Under the pieces are notes generated by a model. The model made no database searches and was not told the origin of the DNA. It saw only the letters and a program-made list of their open reading frames with translations. Below are positions 57,526-64,000 of a DNA stretch of 64,000 nucleotides, one piece after another. A program made the translations under genes and the position numbers. How positions within the stretch are numbered: position 1 is the first letter of the stretch; the number at the start of each line of letters is the position of its first letter. Source of the stretch: an uncultured Desulfobacterales bacterium (GTDB lineage Bacteria > Desulfobacterota > Desulfobacteria > Desulfobacterales > UBA11574). The DNA lies in assembly GCA_937998305.1 (NCBI GenBank), contig CALLDL010000148.1, positions 8,839-72,838 of the forward strand. The letters are read 5' to 3'.

Positions 57526-57714
57526 TTATTTCTCCTTTTTATACCAGTCGGCCCGGGGAACGGCTCTGGGTACTTGCCATTTATTACCAGCGTTGCCATC
57601 AATTTCGTCAAATGCTTTTCTAAAGGCCGGAAACCGCATCCATATTTGATATTTTGTAATTTGATCAGCATATTTGTACTTTTCCAGAATCTCTGCTTCT
57701 GCTTTTATTTGCAT
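57526..57714 (-). CDS. possible small protein (62 aa)
   Basis: An ATG ORF that ends 2 nt before the next gene's start. Its last codons contain that gene's RBS. It has no convincing RBS of its own and I recognise no family. Confidence 0.3.
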   Translation of the reverse strand: MQIKAEAEILEKYKYADQITKYQIWMRFPAFRKAFDEIDGNAGNKWQVPRAVPRADWYKKEK

Positions 57715-57862
57715 GTTTTTCAGAATATTCTTCTAAAAAGACCGGTCGGAATCTTTAACAGAACGTTCAAACCTGAAATCACAGCAAGCATTTCCCCATC
57801 CCAATGTTTTTGTTCTTTTATATTCAATGTCTGTTTGTTGAAAATAATCCGGATAAAAAGCA

Positions 57863-58651
57863 TCAGCCGATCAATATCAGTCCGCAAACCGTTTCCATGG
57901 AAACCGCATCAGGATCGACATCCCGTGGAGTTTTGTTCGACATCCAGCCGGCCACCTTCTTTAACTTGAGTACGTTGATTCCAAAACCGGACATGGACGG
58001 CCGAGCGAAAAGTGGATTCCGGCATTCGCCATTTTCCGCTAAAACCCGGCAGTCGGAATGATCCCGGCAAAAAATCTGTTTGCAGGAGCCGCCTGCATAG
58101 GCGTTTGAATCTCGAAGCCCCATCTCTATAGCCAACTGTTCGATATTTGCGGCAATTTCATGAAGCAACTGGAATATGTCACGGCGTTCGTTTGAAAGAA
58201 GGATTTCCGAAGGCACATCGATTTTAAAAACTACTGCATGTTTAAAGGTTTTCAGTAATTTTCGAAATCCGGCCGGTCCTGCAACATGAGGGGGACAACC
58301 GGCCGACAAACCGTGGTTTTCACATCGAGGTTCTTGACACAGTTTCGCCAAATCTTCTTCAACTGAGATTTCGGTTGTAGGAATAGCTCTGGCATCGCTT
58401 GCGCCCAATTGACATGCGAGTTGCGTCAGTTCTTTCAGCACTGACCGTACACTATGCCCTGGTGGCTTTTTCTCTGCCATTTTTAACGCTTTGTCATTCC
58501 AAAATACCCTTTTACAGGATGTACACCTGCCATTAATTTCATCTGTCCATATCTCAACTTCCATTCCGCAATCGGGGCAGATATACAACTCCGGTACAGC
58601 CCTTGAAACAGGGTCATTGCCCGGGCATTTGAAATAAAGTTTAGTTCCCAT
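57863..58651 (-). CDS. zinc-ribbon plus DUF2284 metal-binding protein
   Basis: 262 aa. N-terminal CPDCG...CTSC ribbon. DUF2284-like CQEPRCENHGLSAGCPPH and later Cys clusters. Overlaps the upstream gene by 11 nt. Confidence 0.7.
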   Translation of the reverse strand: MGTKLYFKCPGNDPVSRAVPELYICPDCGMEVEIWTDEINGRCTSCKRVFWNDKALKMAEKKPPGHSVRSVLKELTQLACQLGASDARAIPTTEISVEEDLAKLCQEPRCENHGLSAGCPPHVAGPAGFRKLLKTFKHAVVFKIDVPSEILLSNERRDIFQLLHEIAANIEQLAIEMGLRDSNAYAGGSCKQIFCRDHSDCRVLAENGECRNPLFARPSMSGFGINVLKLKKVAGWMSNKTPRDVDPDAVSMETVCGLILIG

Positions 58652-59342
58652 CGTTTTTTCTCTGATTTAGCCAAATCATCACAGGCTCGATCCAAATATC
58701 TTCCGGCTGAAAAAAGAGCTTGTGTCCTTTATCGCTCTTTAATGTTACTTCCTTATTCGAGATACCAATTATTGCCTTTGAAAATACCTTGTGGCAACTG
58801 CTCGCTATTAAATCTGATGATGCATAGATAGACAGAAAGTCGCCTTTAAGCTGGGTAAAGTCCGGATAAGCTGGTGCAAGCGGTTTGATTTCACAACCCG
58901 CCATTACGATGTAACCGATTTTCGGGTTTCCCAGCTGAGAAGCCACGCAAAGGGTTATAACACCCCCCTTGGAATGTCCTGCGATGGTAATGCGTTCCGG
59001 CGAGACACCGGCGCCCAGAAGTCTCTTGACTTGGCGGACTATTTTTTTTGCATATTCTGAAGGAACAATTTTACCGGACCGAACTTCGCTGATTACTCTA
59101 AAGCCTTTGTCTGCAAAGGATTTCACAATATCATGATACTTGCAGTCGCCGTTGGGACCATGCTTTTCTACATAATAATTATGCAAAAAGAACAAATAAT
59201 GGACGGATCGATCAATGGTGGACGGCATTTCATAAGACACTTGCTCTGCATATAGGTTCGATGCAAAACTAAGCACCAAGAACCCAAGTATCATAGACTT
59301 GAGAAATGTGTTGATATTATTGACCCTAATTGGTCGTTTCAT
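58641..59342 (-). CDS. secreted alpha/beta hydrolase
   Basis: ATG 59342 follows GGAG with a 6-nt spacer. Signal peptide ...GFLVLSFASNLYAEQ and nucleophile elbow IAGHSKGG. The track start at 59510 is rejected. Confidence 0.7.
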   Translation of the reverse strand: MKRPIRVNNINTFLKSMILGFLVLSFASNLYAEQVSYEMPSTIDRSVHYLFFLHNYYVEKHGPNGDCKYHDIVKSFADKGFRVISEVRSGKIVPSEYAKKIVRQVKRLLGAGVSPERITIAGHSKGGVITLCVASQLGNPKIGYIVMAGCEIKPLAPAYPDFTQLKGDFLSIYASSDLIASSCHKVFSKAIIGISNKEVTLKSDKGHKLFFQPEDIWIEPVMIWLNQRKNDGN

Positions 59343-59604
59343 TTTCATCTCCTCTCCCATTGAGGCGTCCCTGAATGATGTATACATAATTTTCCTGTTT
59401 GCCCTTTTACCTCGTAACTTGTAACCACCTATATAGTATAGTTTTACAAAGCTCTCTGCTAAACAAACGACAAATCCAATTGTGTACCTATTGATGACAA
59501 CTTCAGACATACATTTATGTGATGAACCTTAAACTTTTTATATTTTTCAGGACAATAGAGCATCTTGAGTGAAAGAGAGTAGATATAGTTTATAAATATG
59601 AAAC

Positions 59605-59940
59605 CTAAAAGACATGAGTTTTAAAAGGAAACGGAAAAATATTGGTATCTCCGTTTTTTGCTCCCGATGCCCGATGGGTTTGTGTATTGGCATACCATTT
59701 TCTTTTGCTCATTTGAAAAAAAGCGTTGGAAAGAGCCACTATGCAGACCTTTCCTCTAGATGAAACACGAAAGGTTTCACCGCCTTTTAATATTCTTTCA
59801 CCCCTTTTTGGCCAGGTTATCCAAAGGGCGCCATATAAACAATGGATCTGAATATCTTTTCCTATGACAGAAAATAGTTGATTTTCTGTCAACTTAATTG
59901 TTGCTTTTTCAACGCCTTTAAATAAAGAAGTTAGTTTCAT
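59605..59940 (-). CDS. DUF2917-like small protein (family call from memory)
   Basis: 111 aa. GALWITWPKRGERILKGGETF resembles the DUF2917 core. It is the first gene after heptamer-repeat promoter c. Confidence 0.45.
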   Translation of the reverse strand: MKLTSLFKGVEKATIKLTENQLFSVIGKDIQIHCLYGALWITWPKRGERILKGGETFRVSSRGKVCIVALSNAFFQMSKRKWYANTQTHRASGAKNGDTNIFPFPFKTHVF

Positions 59941-59995
59941 ATCAACCGCTTTTATTTAAATAAATTGTGCTATGTACACATTTTTTACGGATCAA

Positions 59996-60024
59996 TGATT
60001 AATTTAGAACTAATTGGGGACTAA
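59996..60024 (-). promoter_or_regulatory. heptamer direct-repeat array c
   Basis: The gene strand reads TTAGTCC ccaa TTAGTTC taaa TTAATCA, followed by an AT-rich CGTAAAAAA. Lies about 55 nt upstream of the DUF2917-like gene start. Confidence 0.5.
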
Positions 60025-60201
60025 TTTTTGAAAAGAATATTTTTCTATATTAAAGCCTCAAAATTAATCCCTCTCACCCAAAATCATAAAAGCAAAATCC
60101 GATCAAAAAAACATCAACCATTTGGGGGACGTCTCATTTTTTTATTATTTTCTTGAAAATTCATGAGCCTGAATTTTCACGAGTTGGATGCTTTTCCATT
60201 T

Positions 60202-60996
60202 TCAAACAAGTTTTATCGCTTCAATCATCCCCGATGTTACAACGTCTTCAAGATTTTTTCCTTTGGCGCAATCATTTCCGCTGCCATCATTTAATTGTAT
60301 TTTAATTTTATAAAAACCTGCCTCCTTTAGCATTTTCTTTAGATCATCAATATAGACTGCACCTGCGACACAACCCACATAAAGCGATAAATCCTTTTTA
60401 ATTTTTTCAGGCAGAGGCGCTGTGGCAATCATATCGGAAACGGTAAAACGTCCGCCGGGTTTTAAAACTCGAAACGCTTCAGCAAACACTCTGGGCTTGT
60501 CAGGAGAAAGATTAATAACACAATTGGAAATTATCACGTCTACAGATGCATCAGCCACCGGTAGATTCTCAATCTCTCCCAATCGAAATTCAATATTTTT
60601 ATACCCGTATTTTATTGCGTCATTACGGGCTTTTCTCAACATCTCCGGCGTCATATCCACCCCAATGACATGTCCGGTGTTCCCCACTTTTTTAGCCGCA
60701 AGAAAGCAATCCATACCGCCCCCGCTTCCCAAATCGAGGACGGTTTCTCCAAATTTAATCACCGCTATTGCACACGGGTTTCCGCAACCGAGCCCCATCA
60801 GGGATTCTACAGGAATATTTGAAATTTCCTGTTCAGAATATCTAAAGATCTCATGATTTTTTGATGGGGCCGGTAAAGGTTTTGTTTCACAGCAGGAGGA
60901 CGCTGTCGAATAACAACCGGGTTTCTTTTGTATAGCTATCTCAGCATAGTGCCGACGTACTTCCTGTATTATTTCATCGTTTTGGATATGTTTCAT
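60202..60996 (-). CDS. ArsM-like SAM-dependent methyltransferase
   Basis: ATG 60996 follows AAGGGGG. SAM motif VLDLGSGGGMDCFLAAKKVG, an N-terminal Cys pair (SSCCETK) and VIISNCVINL. The shared ECF-type promoter lies inside the longer track ORF, so the start at 61077 is rejected. Confidence 0.8.
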   Translation of the reverse strand: MKHIQNDEIIQEVRRHYAEIAIQKKPGCYSTASSCCETKPLPAPSKNHEIFRYSEQEISNIPVESLMGLGCGNPCAIAVIKFGETVLDLGSGGGMDCFLAAKKVGNTGHVIGVDMTPEMLRKARNDAIKYGYKNIEFRLGEIENLPVADASVDVIISNCVINLSPDKPRVFAEAFRVLKPGGRFTVSDMIATAPLPEKIKKDLSLYVGCVAGAVYIDDLKKMLKEAGFYKIKIQLNDGSGNDCAKGKNLEDVVTSGMIEAIKLV

Positions 60997-61034
60997 GATG
61001 CCCCCTTTTAATTCGAATTGTGCTCTTTTATTAA

Positions 61035-61063
61035 TAGACGAAGATTTTTTGTAAAGGACGCAA
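61035..61063 (-). promoter_or_regulatory. ECF-type promoter TTGCGTCC-N15-CGTCTAT upstream of the arsM-like gene
   Basis: The gene strand reads TTGCGTCC tttacaaaaaatctt CGTCTATTAAT. The -10 element ends 38 nt before ATG 60996. The same two boxes with the same spacer length occur at 61829-61857. Confidence 0.65.
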
Positions 61064-61264
61064 CATCTTTCGGACATTTACCTGGATTTTGCACGAGCTT
61101 GAGGCTTTCATATGCAAGTATCTGACAACATGACAAATAAACATCTATGGCTTGCCCGAAAGGTGAAAATATTTAAGTAAAACGAGTCAATTCATTGGGT
61201 GACAAGGTGTGACTTTGAAAAATTAGTCGGTAGTAAAGCCTTGTTATAAAGCGACGGGATTTAA

Positions 61265-61810
61265 TCAACCATTCGTAGAAGATTGTTCTTTAGGTTCATA
61301 ATCGATTATTTTTCCGAACCTATCCAATTCAAAATGACAGCATTCCGTCAACATATTTTTGAGTTTTTCTCTGGCTCTTTGTGACCTGGATTTGGCTCCT
61401 GAAAGAGATAATCCGAGCTTTTCTCCCATCTTTTTCTGGGTTAATCCTTGATATGTTGTTAGAATAACCGCTTGACGGTACTTCTCAGGCAGCCGGTCAA
61501 CCATAGCCTCAATACATGGAAGTACATCAACATCATCGTTAATATCAGAATTTTCTAAACTCGTTATTGTTTCCGGAAGCTCTGCCGTGGTCTTTTGGCT
61601 TCGATAATAATCAATAATTGCATGTCGAGCAATTTGATATATCCAGCCACGCAGCCTGCGGATATCTTTAAGAGTGTCTATTCGAGAATGAATCTTAACA
61701 AATACTTCCTGAAGAATATCGTCAGCAATACTTTCGTCTGAAGTGCGTTTCAGGATAAACTGTCTGAGATTAGCGCTGAATTCTCTCCATATATTTTCTA
61801 TGCTGGTCAT
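61265..61810 (-). CDS. ECF sigma-70 factor, SigZ-type with Cys-containing C-terminal extension
   Basis: 181 aa. Region 2 (DILQEVFVKIH...RGWIYQIARHAIIDYYR) and region 4 (LTQKKMGEKLGLSLSGAKSRSQRAREKL), then TECCHFELDRFGKIIDYEP. Confidence 0.85.
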   Translation of the reverse strand: MTSIENIWREFSANLRQFILKRTSDESIADDILQEVFVKIHSRIDTLKDIRRLRGWIYQIARHAIIDYYRSQKTTAELPETITSLENSDINDDVDVLPCIEAMVDRLPEKYRQAVILTTYQGLTQKKMGEKLGLSLSGAKSRSQRAREKLKNMLTECCHFELDRFGKIIDYEPKEQSSTNG

Positions 61811-61828
61811 TCGCTTTTCCTTTATATA

Positions 61829-61857
61829 TAGACGAATTTTCCTTGAAAAGGACGCAA
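61829..61857 (-). promoter_or_regulatory. ECF-type promoter TTGCGTCC-N15-CGTCTAT upstream of the sigma factor gene (autoregulatory)
   Basis: The gene strand reads TTGCGTCC ttttcaaggaaaatt CGTCTATATAT. It ends 18 nt before the sigma gene ATG (61810). CGTC in the -10 is the hallmark of ECF promoters. Confidence 0.65.
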
Positions 61858-61991
61858 AACAAGTTGTACTTTTTGTTGTCTTCAGGGCAGTTTAACGTCT
61901 TACCCAGGACTTGATATAGCATCCTTCAGTACAATGCGCCACTCTGGGCAGCATAAATCGCGTCACAATCATCACCCCCTTATCATTATCT

Positions 61992-62261
61992 TCATTCGAG
62001 TCTTTTGCAAACCTCCCGGTATTGGTTGAACACCCTGCCAGAGGAAACAGCCATAACAATCGCCTGGATCGTACCCAGTTCTGCTTCTGAAACGCCTTTA
62101 TCTGCGGCGACACCGGTAAGCTTTTCCATACACGGATAACAACCTACGGCCATTGCTGCGCCCATTTCAATCATAAATGTCGTTTTGGGATCTATAACAT
62201 CATTTGATATTATGGACTTATGAAAATCAATAAAACTCTTTTTCAAGTTCTCGGGGATCAT
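61992..62261 (-). CDS. carboxymuconolactone decarboxylase (AhpD-like) family protein
   Basis: 89 aa. FIDFHKSI...DPKTTFMIEMGAAMAVGCYPCMEK, including the CxxC motif. Confidence 0.75.
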   Translation of the reverse strand: MIPENLKKSFIDFHKSIISNDVIDPKTTFMIEMGAAMAVGCYPCMEKLTGVAADKGVSEAELGTIQAIVMAVSSGRVFNQYREVCKRLE

Positions 62262-62688
62262 TACACTCTCCTTTCATTAACCTAAATTGATCGTTTCAAG
62301 TAGTGACAAAACAATAAAAAACCTTATTACCTTAAATCATTACATAACATTTATACTATTATAGGTTCTCACCTGTTAGGTGTAGATTCGCTTGCCTAAA
62401 AAGTCACGATTTGAAACCTTTGGGCTTGCCGATTTTATCAAATCTGCTGCGTTATGAGATATTTGCGGTAGCATACTACAGCTGCATATCTCAATGCCTT
62501 GCATCTTCACCAAACTCGGCAATCGCTCAATTTAGGAATTGGTTACGGGTTTTTGTTGTTGGGTTCATGAACCATACATAGGCTTGACTTTTATTGCCTA
62601 TCGGTATATTCGAATACAAAATATTAGATATCGAGTCAAACGATTTGTTTCGATCGAACCGATCGGAATTAGTGAACGGAGGGAAAAA

Positions 62689-63591
62689 ATGGAAATTCGT
62701 CAGCTTAAAACCTTTCGAACCGTGGCCCAATTGCTGAGCTTTAAACAAGCCGCCCAACATCTTCACTATGCCCAATCCAGCATATCCGCGCAAATTCAGG
62801 CTTTGGAAGAAGAACTGGGCGTACAGCTATTTGACCGCTTGGGAAGAGGCATTTTGCTGACCGAAGCCGGGGTCAGCCTGATGAACTATGCTGAAAAAAT
62901 ATTGGATCTGGCTGATGAAACCCGAACTGAAGTGGCTGCCGCCAAAGAGCTGAAAGGTTCGTTGACCATCAAAGTACCCGAAACTTTTGGCGTTCATCGG
63001 TTGCCGCTTGTTATCAAGCAGTTTCGGTCTCGTTTTCCAAAGGTCCGATTACATTTCACCACCTGTACCCATGAAGGCCTTCAGAAAGACCTTAGAAAAG
63101 GCGTCACCGATCTGGCATTTTTGCTGACAGAGTCGTTTCAGGCTGCCGACCTTGAAGCTGAAGCCTTAGGTGTCGAAACGTTGATACTGGTGGCCCACCC
63201 CGACCACCCGTTGATAAATGAACCAGTGGTTCACACTAAAGATCTTAAAGGTGAAACTCTACTTTTTTCAAAGGTGGATTGCAGTTACAGGAGAACAGTA
63301 GAAGCAGCGTTTAAGATGGAAAAAATTCGATATGATAACACACTCGAATTTAACAGCGTGGAAGCAATCAAACAGTGCGTCATGGCCGGTGTAGGCATTA
63401 GCATCCTCCCCGAAATTACCGTAGCAAAAGATATTTCCAAGGGACGTCTGGCCGCTCTACCCTGGGATGAAGGAGCACTGGAAGTTGCCGCCTTAATGAT
63501 ATGGTACAAAGACCGGTGGCTTTCTCCAACCTTGAGTGCTTTTATGGAGACTGTCAGGAAAGTGTTGACAAAGGCACACGACTTAAACTGA
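62689..63591 (+). CDS. LysR-family transcriptional regulator
   Basis: ATG 62689 follows GGAGGG. HTH segment MEIRQLKTFRTVAQLLSFKQAAQHLHYAQSSISAQIQALEEELG. The track start at 62539 is rejected. Confidence 0.88.
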   Translation: MEIRQLKTFRTVAQLLSFKQAAQHLHYAQSSISAQIQALEEELGVQLFDRLGRGILLTEAGVSLMNYAEKILDLADETRTEVAAAKELKGSLTIKVPETFGVHRLPLVIKQFRSRFPKVRLHFTTCTHEGLQKDLRKGVTDLAFLLTESFQAADLEAEALGVETLILVAHPDHPLINEPVVHTKDLKGETLLFSKVDCSYRRTVEAAFKMEKIRYDNTLEFNSVEAIKQCVMAGVGISILPEITVAKDISKGRLAALPWDEGALEVAALMIWYKDRWLSPTLSAFMETVRKVLTKAHDLN

Positions 63592-63754
63592 ATGATTAGT
63601 TTTATGATAGTTCAAGAAAAAACAATCCTACCCCCCAAATGGGTGATGTTTTTTTATTCTTAATAGGATAAGTATATTTATTATTTTATTCAAAACCTTA
63701 TAATGCACTTGGGTGCGATCAATTTGTATCTGTCAGATTGCCGAGGGGTAAAAT

Positions 63755-64000
63755 ATGCACCAAAATTCAGAGATATTTGAAAAAAATTACATGGAATATT
63801 GCGCTCAAATTGCCAACTTTAACTTTATATCTTTAAAGGAAAAACTTAGGATAAAACAAGATGGAAATCAAATTATTATTCCCTTTTTTGACAATGATTA
63901 TTTTGTTTCAAAAGAGGGCATTGTGGATAAATCAGGTACCAGACCTGGCTACATGGTTTGTGTCATCCTTTCAAAATATCTCCTATTGTGTCCGGAATCA
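63755..64000 (+). CDS. DUF3786-like protein, 5' part only (runs off window)
   Basis: ATG 63755 follows GAGGGG and the frame stays open to the window end. The pattern IIIPFFDNDYFVSKEGIVDKSG...VCVILSKYLL resembles DUF3786 (from memory). Confidence 0.4.
   Translation, partial: MHQNSEIFEKNYMEYCAQIANFNFISLKEKLRIKQDGNQIIIPFFDNDYFVSKEGIVDKSGTRPGYMVCVILSKYLLLCPES

Noticed and set aside
61220-61236. Single ATTAGTC half-site on the plus strand between the arsM-like and sigma genes, and TTAGTCC inside the family C repeats (5391-5397, 44277-44283)
   Set aside because: These are isolated heptamers with no partner at 11 bp. They are in the wrong orientation or context for a promoter and are probably chance matches.
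62640-62672. Palindromic words (TTCGATCGAA, CCGATCGG) just upstream of the LysR gene as a LysR T-N11-A box
   Set aside because: This is plausible as an autoregulatory site, but short GATC-centred palindromes are common, and no second site or target promoter could be matched.
63596-63613. Possible fourth heptamer array on the plus strand (TTAGTTT tatg ATAGTTC) upstream of the DUF3786-like gene
   Set aside because: The 11-bp phasing is present, but only two imperfect repeats are visible. There is no -10-like hexamer 6-8 nt downstream, and the array lies about 140 nt from the start codon. It is worth including in a genome-wide motif scan but cannot be supported alone.

Overview
This is a 64-kb chromosomal window from an AT-rich Gram-negative bacterium. 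It looks like an anaerobic Desulfobacterales-type deltaproteobacterium, but that taxon call is inference only. I can support about 54 protein-coding genes. I saw no rRNA, tRNA, CRISPR array or transposase gene.

Layout:
- 1-18.8 kb holds cell-envelope genes: an envC-like gene, ftsX, ftsE, a TolC-like gene, a class V aminotransferase, bamA-tamB, a divergent asmA-like gene, and SYLF and ACT proteins.
- 18.9-34.3 kb holds two acyl-CoA clusters diverging from a TetR gene. The minus strand carries tetR-icmF-thiolase-hbd-XRE/cupin-acd. The plus strand carries a leucine/isovalerate-type (liu-like) set: enoyl-CoA hydratase, isovaleryl-CoA-dehydrogenase-like gene, methylglutaconyl-CoA-hydratase-like gene, carboxyltransferase beta subunit, HMG-CoA lyase and a second XRE/cupin gene.
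- 34.6-44.1 kb holds small genes, a TRAP transporter (dctPQM) with a TatT-like TPR lipoprotein, and rlpA.
- 44.4-61.8 kb is an all-minus-strand block of poorly characterised genes. It contains a signal-peptide/TPR/TM/STAND-ATPase/SARP regulator and a free-standing paralogue of its sensor module, a sCache/Tat-DUF362/polyferredoxin operon, an MFS gene paired with a ligand-less M50 pseudoprotease, a DUF-rich operon (DUF2917, hydrolase, DUF2284, TIGR04076, PhzF, transglutaminase, Fe-S protein, thioesterase), and an ArsM-like methyltransferase with a SigZ-type ECF sigma factor.
- The right edge holds a CMD/AhpD-like gene, a LysR gene and a partial DUF3786-like gene.

Main hunt results:
1. Three promoters in the right-hand block share arrays of TTAGTTC-type heptamers phased exactly 11 bp apart. 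This is SARP-style geometry and points to a regulon of the unusual membrane-anchored STAND-SARP protein.
2. The same TTGCGTCC-N15-CGTCTAT promoter occurs upstream of both the ECF sigma gene and the arsM-like gene.
3. The intergenic space holds at least 15 copies of small modular palindromic MITE-like repeats in several related families. Several abut stop codons, and two inverted copies bracket tatT.
4. A nearly perfect 18-bp palindrome occurs twice between tetR and the liu-like operon.
5. icmF sits between butyryl-CoA and isovaleryl-CoA oxidation genes.

All coordinates and motifs were read by eye. No database search or computation was run.
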